A stretch of DNA of 64,000 nucleotides from a virus (taxonomy: Duplodnaviria > Heunggongvirae > Uroviricota > Caudoviricetes): IMG/VR virus record IMGVR_UViG_3300038443_000660, positions 130,082-194,081 of that record. One strand, given 5' to 3'. Every line of letters begins with the position of its first letter. Position 1 is the first letter of the stretch. Positions 16,064 to 26,075 of the stretch are shown piece after piece. The translations under genes and the position numbers were made by a program. Below the pieces are notes generated by a model. That model saw nothing but the letters and a program-made list of their open reading frames with translations. It was not told the origin of the DNA and did no database searches.

Positions 16064-18019
16064 TTAAGCCTTGGAAGGCACCAAATCCACAATTTCACAA
16101 CCACCAGCAGCCGTACAACTAAGTTCCTGCGAACCTGTCGTAGTATCTTCAAATTCATATTCCGGCAGACGTGACCAGTCGATTTCTGGTGGCATTTTTT
16201 CAAGCAATTCCTGATACTGTTCCCTAGTGCATTCCTGATACGGGGCTTGCTGATAAGAGTGTTCCGAATGAGGAAGAAAGGATACGCCACCAATATTATC
16301 GAAATTTTTATAAACCCATGCGCCTACATCCAACCATTCGTTTTCCTTGACCGTGATTGTAACCGATGGATTGTGTTCTGTCCAATAGGTTCTGTAAATT
16401 TTCCAAATTTCTAAATGTTCAACAGCCGTCAATGAATCTCTAAATAGAGCATTTTCCGGCGATTTGATAGGAAATGAGAACACATAATTATGGTCTGGAT
16501 TCATAACGTCATCTTCTACCGGGAAGCCCATGTCAACCATCAATTTTGCCAATGGGTCTTTTTTATCGGCACGAACCGTTCTTATATAATAGGGCGAGTG
16601 ACGAGTGTGCCCGCCAGAAGCGACATCTACAAGCTGGCTAACCGTACCGGACGGCTTTTGAGTCGTGATAGCAGCCGAAGGATTAATACCAAGCTTTGCG
16701 GCCCATTTCTTATTTACATCAATAGCAACCTGTTTAAGTTCCTTTAACCATGATATCAATAATTCCTTGTCAGTGGAGCCATTCATGACTGCATGGTCCA
16801 TGACGCCGGTCAAAGATACGCCAAGCAATCTTTCTTCTTCGGCATTTTCTTTCCACTTTTTATTCAAGTATCTGAAATTGGTAATTGTCGATTGGAACGT
16901 ACCAATAATGGTCGCAATCTTTACCTTTCTTTTCAAATCATCAAGGCTATCTGTAGCACGAACTACCACTTCCGATAAGTTGCAAAAACCATTGTTACGA
17001 AGTAGAATTTCACCACAAGGATTAACACCAGCTATGAATTCACTCTTGCGGCGACCGTTTTCAGCAGCCTTCTTAATGGCAGCTTCTTTATTAAAGATAC
17101 CACGTTCACCTGACTTGGAATTGTACAACGACAACCATTCATCCATGAAAATGCCAATTTCTGGCTTTTCAGAATATGCCGCCGAATTGTTCGCCAGCGA
17201 ACGTTGTGGTTGAGTTTCCCACCATTGGCCGGATTTTGCATTTCGCATCCGGTCATCTGACAGGTTTGAAAGAGAAATAAGCGCTGAACGGCGAACACCA
17301 CCGACAACAACAATTTGTGCGATTTTGCATACAAGGTCATGACATTCCAAGGATGTCAGTTTTCTACCGGCAGCATTTTTAAAAATACGAACCGTGAATC
17401 TAAACAAATCTTCTAATGGTCCGGGACCAGATGAACGACCACCAAATGTCTTTAGACGTGCGCCCGCTGGTCTAAGCTTTGACGTATCCCACATTGGAAT
17501 TTGACCAGCATAAAGCAGATGAATCAATTCTTTTAACGCTTTAGCCCAACCAATTTTGGAATCGGCTACGGTAATGACGATAGAAGAACTATGAAAAGAA
17601 TCTGCAATTTCAGGAAGCTTCGATATGTATTGACGCTCTACAGAAAATCCAACACCTGTACCATTCATAAGAATGTAAAGAATTTCATCGAATGCCGTTA
17701 CCTTATCAACTGCAACGAAAGAACAATTGTACAGTGCTACATTATCACGCTTCAATGCAGGACCAGCGGTCATCAAGCCTCGCATCGAGGGCATGACTTC
17801 AAGATTAAGAATAGCTTCTTCTAATTCTTTTCTATCTTTGTTGGACAAATCATACTGATAATTATCTTTTAGATGTTCAGTAAAAAAGTTGAAATATCTA
17901 TCAATAGTTTCAGGCCATTCTTCCCTTCTGTTTTCCGTATCCAACCATCTGGCATAACGACTTTTGTAAATGAATTGAGAATATAGTGACGGAATATAGT
18001 TGGAAGTGGAAATCGACAT
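16064..18019 (-). CDS. nrdJ: class II (adenosylcobalamin-dependent) ribonucleotide reductase
   Basis: NPCGEI, KPSGTVSQL, C-terminal CTAAGGC; no ATP cone; no adjacent nrdB. Confidence 0.88.
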   Translation of the reverse strand: MSISTSNYIPSLYSQFIYKSRYARWLDTENRREEWPETIDRYFNFFTEHLKDNYQYDLSNKDRKELEEAILNLEVMPSMRGLMTAGPALKRDNVALYNCSFVAVDKVTAFDEILYILMNGTGVGFSVERQYISKLPEIADSFHSSSIVITVADSKIGWAKALKELIHLLYAGQIPMWDTSKLRPAGARLKTFGGRSSGPGPLEDLFRFTVRIFKNAAGRKLTSLECHDLVCKIAQIVVVGGVRRSALISLSNLSDDRMRNAKSGQWWETQPQRSLANNSAAYSEKPEIGIFMDEWLSLYNSKSGERGIFNKEAAIKKAAENGRRKSEFIAGVNPCGEILLRNNGFCNLSEVVVRATDSLDDLKRKVKIATIIGTFQSTITNFRYLNKKWKENAEEERLLGVSLTGVMDHAVMNGSTDKELLISWLKELKQVAIDVNKKWAAKLGINPSAAITTQKPSGTVSQLVDVASGGHTRHSPYYIRTVRADKKDPLAKLMVDMGFPVEDDVMNPDHNYVFSFPIKSPENALFRDSLTAVEHLEIWKIYRTYWTEHNPSVTITVKENEWLDVGAWVYKNFDNIGGVSFLPHSEHSYQQAPYQECTREQYQELLEKMPPEIDWSRLPEYEFEDTTTGSQELSCTAAGGCEIVDLVPSKA

Positions 18020-18158
18020 TTTTACCCTTTTTATTTTTATGAATAACGCTTCCGAGTGGAAGCCGAATGAATTTTAGCTGTAGAATAGTATATAGCCTTT
18101 AAGTGTTCTTAATGACCATTGATTCTATTAGCTTTTTTATTGTGTGACAAAAAATATT

Positions 18159-19085
18159 TTATTGCATTAATTCAAAATCATCGGGAACATACTCACCGGG
18201 AACAGTCTTTCTATTTTGAATATATCCAATAAAATTACCATGTAACTTTGGATTGTCCCAAGTTTTACGACCGAATTGTACCGAACCATGCTTGATAGAT
18301 TTTGTATCAGGCGTAGCCTGATGTTCGATAGGACTAGCGTGTACCAATTCAGAATTAATCAGATAATTATAACGCTTTATTTCAGCTTCTATACTTCCGT
18401 TACCGTCAAATGGTGCGTATGATACTCTGGCACAGCGGGCAGCGGAAATTTTCTTTAGGACTGCGATTACTCTCTCGTCCGTAGGATAGATGGACTGTTT
18501 TGCAAGCCAATCGTCCGCAATATCCCAATCTTCATCTCTAACATACGGAAGGTGCCACTCACCCGGCATTAATAAAGTCGGTTTCGAAGCTTTATGGGCT
18601 TCGAGCATTTTTTCTGCTAGAATATGAATCTCGATTTGTGCATCTTCATGGTTGCGGAGAGCATAAAAATTCTTCCAATTCGTAGCAGTAGCTAAAACAT
18701 CAATGTATCCAAACCATTCTAGTGGTCGATTGACCCATTGTTTATGGATACCCAAATCGCTCAATTTTTTGGTTGAAGTTTTGGTGTATTCAACCAAATC
18801 CAACCATATTCTTTCGGCTTCTAGTTGATCTTCAAGAGATAGAGGGGAAGCGGGTTGCATCCCCTTCTGATTATAGTAAAATTGAGGAATATAAGGTAAT
18901 TCATTTACCAACGTAACAAAAGGAACCGCTCTAGACGAACGGCCATTCTTGGATACTTTCCGATGGGTCATAAATTCAGAATGAATGGCCCGCCAGTATC
19001 GAAGATGAAACGTGGTAATACGAATTCCTTCTGATGAAATAGAATCTGCGATAATTTTAGCTGTAATAGAATCTTGGTTATGCAA
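18159..19085 (-). CDS. thyX: FAD-dependent thymidylate synthase
   Basis: ITAKIIADS, EFMTHR..S.N..SSRA.P, HASP.EHQA; TTG start overlapping the primase stop. Confidence 0.88.
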   Translation of the reverse strand: MHNQDSITAKIIADSISSEGIRITTFHLRYWRAIHSEFMTHRKVSKNGRSSRAVPFVTLVNELPYIPQFYYNQKGMQPASPLSLEDQLEAERIWLDLVEYTKTSTKKLSDLGIHKQWVNRPLEWFGYIDVLATATNWKNFYALRNHEDAQIEIHILAEKMLEAHKASKPTLLMPGEWHLPYVRDEDWDIADDWLAKQSIYPTDERVIAVLKKISAARCARVSYAPFDGNGSIEAEIKRYNYLINSELVHASPIEHQATPDTKSIKHGSVQFGRKTWDNPKLHGNFIGYIQNRKTVPGEYVPDDFELMQ

Positions 19086-20148
19086 TCGGTACTCTGTCTT
19101 TATAATCTGATTTGTCGTATAATTTAATTTTCTTCCATCTGGCAAACTTCATTTTAGCTGTTAGACCAGTGAAAGTATTTTCATCAATAATAGTTTTAAT
19201 TTTGGATGGTGATATACCATTCATAATACCGGCATTCACATCTTTACCGGGGAACCATTCAGGCAGCAAACACACTTGTTGGTTATCGTTGATAGCCCAT
19301 TCAATTTTCTTTACAATTTCCCTGTTTCTAGGTTGCTTGTCGAAAATTACTGTCACATTATCTTTCGGTAAGAATTTCCATATCTTTTGGAAATCAGAAC
19401 CATCAACGCCAATCGAATTTTCCATAAACATGGAATCTATTGGTCCCTCAAATGCGTATACTCGTTTTGAGATATTCAAACGTTCCTGTCCGAAAATGAG
19501 TGGAACATCTTCATTTCTTCTCAACAAAATATAACGCATATGTTTGGGGTTAATGGCACGAGCCGTAATCCCAATCAAGTCATTATTTCTAGCATGTATA
19601 GGTATAACTATTCTGGGGTCGAAGCCGAATCTGGTGTCTTCATACCTACCCGGAAACAGTGTTGCCACGTCATTTAAGTCTTTACTATAGTATAATCTGT
19701 CAAACCATGCAAATGGAATCTGTCTGTTTTTCAAATAAAGGTAGGCGGTGTGATTTTCTGGTAACGTCGAAATTTTTTGCGCTACATGTTCGATAGATTT
19801 CACTTGCAAAGAGAAATATGCGTCAGAATCAGTGACAGAAGTATCTATCTTTTTTTCTTGTTCATATTTACCACCATTCTCACGAAATCGTTCAAAAATA
19901 TACTCTTTAAACAAAGATGGATTGCATAGTTCTAAATATTTATGAAACGTGTACGAAGCGCCACAATTGTGGCACATATACCGAAAGTTATTACCCTTCT
20001 TGAATATGTATCCTCTAGCTTTTTTCTTGTTCTTCTTGGAATCGCCACAGAGATTACAAGAAAAATTGTACACCGAACCGGTTACACGTTTGAAGTTCCG
20101 TAGATTCGCAGATTGTAAAGCGATGTATTTTTGATCGAGCCATAACAT
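19078..20148 (-). CDS. gp61: DNA primase
   Basis: C..CGDS....KARGY zinc finger, CHNC, FEGPIDSMF TOPRIM, GKDVN. Confidence 0.93.
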   Translation of the reverse strand: MLWLDQKYIALQSANLRNFKRVTGSVYNFSCNLCGDSKKNKKKARGYIFKKGNNFRYMCHNCGASYTFHKYLELCNPSLFKEYIFERFRENGGKYEQEKKIDTSVTDSDAYFSLQVKSIEHVAQKISTLPENHTAYLYLKNRQIPFAWFDRLYYSKDLNDVATLFPGRYEDTRFGFDPRIVIPIHARNNDLIGITARAINPKHMRYILLRRNEDVPLIFGQERLNISKRVYAFEGPIDSMFMENSIGVDGSDFQKIWKFLPKDNVTVIFDKQPRNREIVKKIEWAINDNQQVCLLPEWFPGKDVNAGIMNGISPSKIKTIIDENTFTGLTAKMKFARWKKIKLYDKSDYKDRVPIA

Positions 20149-20180
20149 TTCTATTGGAATAACAGAAACTGGTTGTTATG

Positions 20181-20333
20181 TCAATCTAAATCTACTTGTT
20201 GCGTATAGTTAACATCTTGGACAGAAATTATAATGAATTTATTTTGCTTCACGTACTGATACCCGAAAAACAACGTTATACCAATAAAAATCCCAATAAC
20301 AGCAACAGATAGATTCTTCATATGCTTTAACAT
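20181..20333 (-). CDS. 50-aa single-pass membrane protein not in the ORF track
   Basis: MLKHMKNLSVAVIGIFIGITLFFGYQY... Confidence 0.55.
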   Translation of the reverse strand: MLKHMKNLSVAVIGIFIGITLFFGYQYVKQNKFIIISVQDVNYTQQVDLD

Positions 20334-20345
20334 GATTGCACACTA

Positions 20346-20558
20346 TTATTTTGAAATAGATTGAAGGAAAACCTTGATTGAATCCCAGAAGGCGAAGAAT
20401 GTCATGAATCCTCCAATAGCAACCAAAATGACGTTGCGCATATACTTCCCTAACCATCCAAGTGCTTCCTGACGCTTTATCATTTCTCGCATGATTTCAT
20501 AATCCTTGCGAGGAAGTTTGACATCGATTAGTTCGTCTTCCTTGTTTAGTTCGTCCAT
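20346..20558 (-). CDS. small C-terminally anchored membrane protein
   Basis: VILVAIGGFMTFFAFW; lies in the lysis cluster. Confidence 0.6.
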   Translation of the reverse strand: MDELNKEDELIDVKLPRKDYEIMREMIKRQEALGWLGKYMRNVILVAIGGFMTFFAFWDSIKVFLQSISK

Positions 20559-20571
20559 AAAATTTGCTGCC

Positions 20572-20913
20572 TTATTTTTTATTGTTATTGTTAGCGGTTT
20601 TCATTTGTTCATCATATTTTTCCATCAGACGAATTGCATCGCCAAGATATCCGTGTCTTTTTGCACAAATTATCAAATTTTTTCTATCAACTGACCAATA
20701 TCGTTCAACTTCCTCTTGTGTTAATGCTCTTTCTGGAAGCAAAACTGGAAGGTTACAGGCTTCTAGTAGTTTTGAATCGAAATATGGTTGAACGTGTGTC
20801 GGTGGAAGCAACTTAACTTCTCTCGAATTATGGGTACAAGCCGCCAACGTACTGGCCATCACGAGGATAATAAATGATAATAATATAGGACGTATAATTT
20901 TATAGATATTCAT
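20572..20913 (-). CDS. o-spanin-like lipoprotein
   Basis: Lipobox LAAC; Pro-rich; W..DR..LIIC. Confidence 0.75.
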   Translation of the reverse strand: MNIYKIIRPILLSFIILVMASTLAACTHNSREVKLLPPTHVQPYFDSKLLEACNLPVLLPERALTQEEVERYWSVDRKNLIICAKRHGYLGDAIRLMEKYDEQMKTANNNNKK

Positions 20914-20917
20914 TGCA

Positions 20918-21277
20918 TTATCTCAATTTGTTAAGACGTTTAGTAGAAGATTCAGAAATACCGTTCGTCTTAGCATTCGGGTCGGATGCAGCTTCGTTTT
21001 GGTTTTCTAGCATCAATTGTTCTATGGTATTTTCCTTGACGCTTAATTCCTGCGACAATTTGTCCTGAATTTCTTTCGCTTGTCTATTTTTTTCAAGTAA
21101 ATCATCAATTTGTTTGTTGTATTCTTTCTCTAGTTGAAGTTCTATCTGACTAATCTTCAACTCGTATTTGGTTTTCGTAGTGCTTACGCCCATGCTATAA
21201 GCTTTAATTAGGGCTAAACCTATGATTCCTACAACTACAACTGGCATAAGCCATGACGGTAATGAAAATCCAAACAT
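20918..21277 (-). CDS. i-spanin-like protein
   Basis: N-terminal TM followed by a coiled coil, directly upstream of the lipoprotein. Confidence 0.75.
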   Translation of the reverse strand: MFGFSLPSWLMPVVVVGIIGLALIKAYSMGVSTTKTKYELKISQIELQLEKEYNKQIDDLLEKNRQAKEIQDKLSQELSVKENTIEQLMLENQNEAASDPNAKTNGISESSTKRLNKLR

Positions 21278-21318
21278 TATAATTACAAATCCTATATTGT
21301 TCTATAGTATTTATGGAA

Positions 21319-21648
21319 TCACTCGTTTCTAGAATCATCGGTTGGAATTTGACTATCATCAACCGGACCGAATTGATTCGATTGTTGATTGCTGACATTT
21401 ATGGCGTTCATATAATGCTTGTCGTCAAAAACGGCCCCAAAGATGTATGTTCCGAGTAATGAAACAGCAGCAGCAATTAAGGCAATAGAAATTTGCTGAA
21501 AAAGAACTGTATCAGAGTTAGAAAATATAATATATGAAAGCCAGCAAAAAATAGAGATAAGGCATAGATCAAGCCTCAATCTACGTTTCTTCCATTCAGA
21601 CGGAGTAATGGGAAATGTGTTCTTTACTGACTTTCGATACTTATTCAT
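21319..21648 (-). CDS. holin-like two-TM protein
   Basis: Basic N-terminus KKRR, two TM helices, Y.FGA.FDD. Confidence 0.65.
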   Translation of the reverse strand: MNKYRKSVKNTFPITPSEWKKRRLRLDLCLISIFCWLSYIIFSNSDTVLFQQISIALIAAAVSLLGTYIFGAVFDDKHYMNAINVSNQQSNQFGPVDDSQIPTDDSRNE

Positions 21649-21650
21649 TT

Positions 21651-22049
21651 TTATCTTACAGGCAATACCGGGTCGGGAGAAAAGAATTTCTTCTTTCTCA
21701 TGATTGTTTTTGACCGGAGTTCAATAGCTTTCTTGACCGGATTCCACTTGAATACGACAGGAACATTAATATCTGTCCCCATGTCTTTCAAAACAGCTTC
21801 TGATTCAGGCTTCATGAATTTTATTTTATTACCAAACTTCTGATATACGAGTTTGAACAATCTCGATAATTCAGCTAGTGTAATATGTGGCTTATTACGA
21901 AAGTCATTAACTCTTTCCATAAAGTGTTTGGTAAAGCTTAAATCTACACCAAGCGTCTCAAAAAGCTTGTCTAGATACTTTTCGAGTTGCTTCATGGTTT
22001 CCCACGGAATAGAGGTTTCTTGTTCGATTAAATATTGTTTAAAACTCAT
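21651..22049 (-). CDS. putative internal head protein
   Basis: Starts MSFKQYLIE (capsid-targeting-like); start moved to 22049. Confidence 0.65.
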   Translation of the reverse strand: MSFKQYLIEQETSIPWETMKQLEKYLDKLFETLGVDLSFTKHFMERVNDFRNKPHITLAELSRLFKLVYQKFGNKIKFMKPESEAVLKDMGTDINVPVVFKWNPVKKAIELRSKTIMRKKKFFSPDPVLPVR

Positions 22050-22050
22050 T

Positions 22051-22365
22051 TTAGTACGCCACATGTGATTTGCCATCGGCATCTTTGTAATGTACACCGG
22101 GCTTTGGTTTAACTTTTTGATACGTATCCCAGAAATCTTGGCCCATACGGGTTTTGTTTCCACGACGAGTCCACTCTTTTTCGAGTTCCTTGTGTCGCTT
22201 CTGTTGTTCTGGTGTTCTTTCACTAGACCTAATATTATTGTGTTTGATATATTCTCTTTTTAGAATATCCTTATGCATATCAGAAGGATTTGCTGTTGGA
22301 GACGTAGACCAGTTTTTAGCATTAGGATTCACAAATCCTTCAACTAATAATCTTTTCATTTTCAT
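22051..22365 (-). CDS. hypothetical protein, possibly virion-internal
   Basis: MKMKRLLVE N-terminus; coupled. Confidence 0.55.
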   Translation of the reverse strand: MKMKRLLVEGFVNPNAKNWSTSPTANPSDMHKDILKREYIKHNNIRSSERTPEQQKRHKELEKEWTRRGNKTRMGQDFWDTYQKVKPKPGVHYKDADGKSHVAY

Positions 22366-22838
22366 TGTTTCGGTTCCTTCCTTCTCACTAGTTTCTTTTT
22401 CTTTTTATTATAAAAAGGTGGATTATTATCTAAACCAGCCATTCCCGATGCGTCACCCACTGACATGGTAGGAGCATCTTCATTCAAAATATCTTGCGCT
22501 TCATCAAAATATGACTGAATAGTCTCCCATAATTTTTGTTCATCAGAAAAATCGATATCATCATTTTCTCGCAACAGCATGACGGCAGCGGCATACGATG
22601 CCAATCTTGATTTACCACCGGGAACCTTACCCAACAGTTTTTTAAGATTCATAACCAGAACATCGTACATTCGTAATGAACGCTTCTGTACCGGAGTCCT
22701 TTTCTTTGGTGGAATCAATATGTTTCCTTCACCATCAATAACACCAGTCTGATACGCCTTCCATTTGTTGAAAGGCGTCACCAATCTTTTGATGAATGAA
22801 TATAACAAAACCGTATCGAATATTGATAAACTTGCCAT
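22362..22838 (-). CDS. conserved hypothetical protein of T4-like phages
   Basis: F.K.LVTPF.KW.AY..GVID..G, LKKLL.KVPGG...L.SYAAA..L.RE. Confidence 0.75.
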   Translation of the reverse strand: MASLSIFDTVLLYSFIKRLVTPFNKWKAYQTGVIDGEGNILIPPKKRTPVQKRSLRMYDVLVMNLKKLLGKVPGGKSRLASYAAAVMLLRENDDIDFSDEQKLWETIQSYFDEAQDILNEDAPTMSVGDASGMAGLDNNPPFYNKKKKKLVRRKEPKQ

Positions 22839-22839
22839 T

Positions 22840-23280
22840 TTACTTAAATCTATCTTCGTCCATCTTCTTTAGAGCCGCTTTAACACCTTCATCCATAGGC
22901 ATATTAACAGTTTGGATTACATACAACTTATCCAATATTACTTCAATTTCTCTCATATACCCTAAGTAAATCAGAAAAGGAATCAAACAATCATGATATT
23001 CAGGAAGTTTAAACAATAACATCTTTGTGCAAGCGTTATGTTCAAACACATTATAAAGAACAACCAAGTGATTGATTATCAATCTTTCTCTAAGCACTTT
23101 CTTTTTCTTGTAGGCATAAAGTAGCTTTTTTAAATACTTTATGCGATTCAAATCTTCAAGAAATTCTTCTGGTGATAAACAATTTGGATTGTCATAATAC
23201 TTTGTAGCAAACATATAAAAATTTACTTCATTCAATGTCATGCGGTTATCTGATTTACCTTTCTTCTCCATTTTATTCAT
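22840..23280 (-). CDS. conserved hypothetical protein of T4-like phages
   Basis: NF..FA.KYYDNP.C...EEF.EDL.R.KY. Confidence 0.75.
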   Translation of the reverse strand: MNKMEKKGKSDNRMTLNEVNFYMFATKYYDNPNCLSPEEFLEDLNRIKYLKKLLYAYKKKKVLRERLIINHLVVLYNVFEHNACTKMLLFKLPEYHDCLIPFLIYLGYMREIEVILDKLYVIQTVNMPMDEGVKAALKKMDEDRFK

Positions 23281-24026
23281 TTATTTCTAACGTTCCCGAT
23301 AGCGTCAGAATAAGTCAACAACATTTTGAGTAATTCATTCAAAGGCAAATCAATCACGAGCGTTGACATTTTAATTTTAGGGTCTAACAGTACAGCGAAT
23401 AGCCATCTATGATGTCCATCAACTATAAAATTATCTTTTGATGAAATCATGAACGAATTTCCAACCATCTTTTGAAATTCATCTTTTTGAAATCTCAAAC
23501 CAAACGACAAAGCCTTGTCCAAATAAATTTGTTGTTGAATAGGCTTCAACGAACCGGCTGGTTTGGTATCATGATAACATTTCACCATATCATCTGAAAA
23601 TTTACCGTCTCTCCAACCATTCGTTAACCATTTGGTAGCTAATTCCTTTGGCAAACCTTCGGGAAACGGGTTTGTGGGGTCTGTGTTTTTGGCGAATGGA
23701 GCCTTCATATCGATACTGCCACGTTCCAATCGTCTTTGAAGCATAAAAGCATCTGAACGACGAATAACCGGCATGTCTTTACGTTGTGTTTTACCTAAAG
23801 TTGCCAGTTGTTGGGCGTATCTGTAATTTTTCACAAAATCGGGTAACAGTTTCTTCGGTGATACTGTGTGGTTGTTTTTGTATACGTCATTAACTAATTT
23901 GACAGCGGTTTGTATCGGGGTCTTGACAATCTCGTATTGTCCAGCCTCGGCACCACCACCACCGCCTTGCCTTTCAAGAATGTATTCCTGATTTTCATTC
24001 TCAAGAAGAAACCGCTTAAAACCCAC
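23277..24026 (-). CDS. ParB-like N-terminal domain protein, putative internal head protein
   Basis: FIVDGHHRW; N-terminus MGFKRFLLE. Confidence 0.7.
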   Translation of the reverse strand: MGFKRFLLENENQEYILERQGGGGGAEAGQYEIVKTPIQTAVKLVNDVYKNNHTVSPKKLLPDFVKNYRYAQQLATLGKTQRKDMPVIRRSDAFMLQRRLERGSIDMKAPFAKNTDPTNPFPEGLPKELATKWLTNGWRDGKFSDDMVKCYHDTKPAGSLKPIQQQIYLDKALSFGLRFQKDEFQKMVGNSFMISSKDNFIVDGHHRWLFAVLLDPKIKMSTLVIDLPLNELLKMLLTYSDAIGNVRNK

Positions 24027-24044
24027 TTGTACGGTCCTTCCTAA

Positions 24045-24443
24045 TTAAAACAATTCTAGGCTTACACGCTTGATTACATTATTGGCGGTCTTGATATACA
24101 AATAACTATCATCATAAAATATTTTTCCCGAACTAATCCCGTCTCCTGTAGAATTGGACGGGGTAAGCTTATCACGGATGATTAGACCATCGGATTGAAC
24201 ATCAAGATTAATAATGTATGCATTTTCACTTGTAACATTTTCTGATACAACGTTACCGGTCGTGGCTGTACCATTCACCTTTAATTGCTGAACAACCGTA
24301 TTACCGGGAAGGTTTTTTAACAAATCAGCAATAGTTATTTGCTTACCGGTAGGAGTTCCGACAGTATCTACAATAATATAGAGAACGTCATTTGCAGATG
24401 CTTGTGTTGCGTGTTCTAATTCACTGACTTTACGACTAGGCAA
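24045..24443 (-). CDS. putative virion or tail-fibre-related protein
   Basis: KVSEL..A...A.D..YI N-terminus and a G.I..D..YLYI C-terminal motif. Confidence 0.55.
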   Translation of the reverse strand: MPSRKVSELEHATQASANDVLYIIVDTVGTPTGKQITIADLLKNLPGNTVVQQLKVNGTATTGNVVSENVTSENAYIINLDVQSDGLIIRDKLTPSNSTGDGISSGKIFYDDSYLYIKTANNVIKRVSLELF

Positions 24444-24444
24444 T

Positions 24445-25359
24445 TTATTTTCCTCTATTCAATAAACGTTGTGCCAGTGATAAGCCCTTTTCACGCTTCT
24501 TAATGGTTTTAGATGCACTATCAAGTTCTTTCTTGGCATTAGACTTTCCATTATCTGTCTGCGCAATATAATGATTGAAATCAGCAATACCTTTATCAAC
24601 ATGTACATTTATAAGACTGTTTCTCGATTTATTTTGGTAATTTTCAATAGTCTTTTGAGAAATTTCGTTAACTTCCTGAATTTCTTCATGCAACTTAGAA
24701 AGAAATCTCGTTGGACCTTTATAGGTCTTTCCGTTAGTAGTCTTTACGTGGACGGAATCACCTTCGAATTTTGTAATGTTTCCTGTAAAGCCTGCGCCAC
24801 CTTTTGCACCAAAACCAAGATGAACACGGTCCCCAATCTTGTGTTCCTTATAGTTTCTCTTACTTGTGTTCGTCAAAACTTCGGAAATAGCCTTGACATT
24901 CGTATCAATGGTTTCAGACATCGACTTACGATTCGCATCAATCTTATTTGATAAGTTTTTTTCAACCTTACTTAACGATTCAAGAATATCAACACGTTTA
25001 CTATTATTTAACATAGCATTAGATTTTTCGGCATTTCTAATTGCTTCGGCGTTAATAAACTTGGTGTTAAATTCTTGCAATTTATTTTCTACAATTGCTT
25101 TCTTTTTGTGCTTATTTAAACCGTTGCCGCCTTCATTGATAATCTTCTGTTCCCAATCCGGGACTTTGACATTCATAGATTCAGCCATTTTCGATACATC
25201 AATATTCGTATCGATAGAATGTTCAGTCTCGAATTTCTCTTGTGCTTCAATCATGTCAATTGAAGGAACTTCAACGCTTTCAACCATAGGGACGGGCTTT
25301 TTATCTAAAAGCCCATTCTTAATGTCGTTAACGAGTTTGTCTTTCTTTCTATAAATCAT
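24445..25359 (-). CDS. putative head core/internal protein with SH3/KOW-like insert
   Basis: Many hydrophobic-x-Glu motifs; KIGDRVH...G.G.ITK.EGD.VHV. Confidence 0.55.
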   Translation of the reverse strand: MIYRKKDKLVNDIKNGLLDKKPVPMVESVEVPSIDMIEAQEKFETEHSIDTNIDVSKMAESMNVKVPDWEQKIINEGGNGLNKHKKKAIVENKLQEFNTKFINAEAIRNAEKSNAMLNNSKRVDILESLSKVEKNLSNKIDANRKSMSETIDTNVKAISEVLTNTSKRNYKEHKIGDRVHLGFGAKGGAGFTGNITKFEGDSVHVKTTNGKTYKGPTRFLSKLHEEIQEVNEISQKTIENYQNKSRNSLINVHVDKGIADFNHYIAQTDNGKSNAKKELDSASKTIKKREKGLSLAQRLLNRGK

Positions 25360-25380
25360 AGAAATATCCTTTATAATATA

Positions 25381-25935
25381 TTAGACTACTGTAAATGTCG
25401 TAGTCGTAGCAATCACAGCGTTTACAGTTTCCGTTGTTCCACCAGCCGTTGAATACACCAGATTACCAGCAGCCATCGTTTGTGGCTTGATTGTATAAGC
25501 ACCAGCGGCGTTTGTTTTGAACGAGAATACAAGAGTGTTATCTGCGTTCTTTACAGATGCTGGATTGGTATTTGATGTTGCTGTAATAGTTGTATTTGCA
25601 GAGTCGGTAACATTGATTGTATAGGCTACCGCTGACGCACCAATCGTAATGGCTTCGGAAAAGCTAACACAAAGTTTGACATTTGTATTCGCCGTGAGAG
25701 TTGAACCGCCAGTCGCATTTTCTACATAGACATCAGTAACGATTGGTTTATTCATTGTGCTAAGCGAATCGAGATTTCCAATAGCTACCAGAGGAATTTC
25801 CTTGACACGTTCATTACCATGAACGTCTGTATATGTGATGCGACGTGTCCAACCATCCTTGGTCGCAATAACGTTTCTTTTTTCTGTTGGGATTAAGTCG
25901 GCAGGCATCTTGCCTGATTTATTCCATAAAGCCAT
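25381..25935 (-). CDS. putative virion structural protein
   Basis: MALWNK start, Thr/Ala-rich beta-strand sequence. Confidence 0.6.
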   Translation of the reverse strand: MALWNKSGKMPADLIPTEKRNVIATKDGWTRRITYTDVHGNERVKEIPLVAIGNLDSLSTMNKPIVTDVYVENATGGSTLTANTNVKLCVSFSEAITIGASAVAYTINVTDSANTTITATSNTNPASVKNADNTLVFSFKTNAAGAYTIKPQTMAAGNLVYSTAGGTTETVNAVIATTTTFTVV

Positions 25936-26075
25936 GATTTTGTTTCCTTTTTTCGTTTTTCGGTTATAACTACCTACTCGGCATGACAAATAGTTTCTGC
26001 TTATATTTATCAATTTCGGACTATTGACTTTTAAAAAATTATATTATATGAGGGATAGTAGCGAATGAGGAAGTC

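Noticed and set aside
18020-18158. Cobalamin riboswitch or NrdR box upstream of nrdJ
   Set aside because: Only a short GCTTCC/GGAAGC hairpin and a partial CTATATA are present; the B12-box and full NrdR palindrome are missing.
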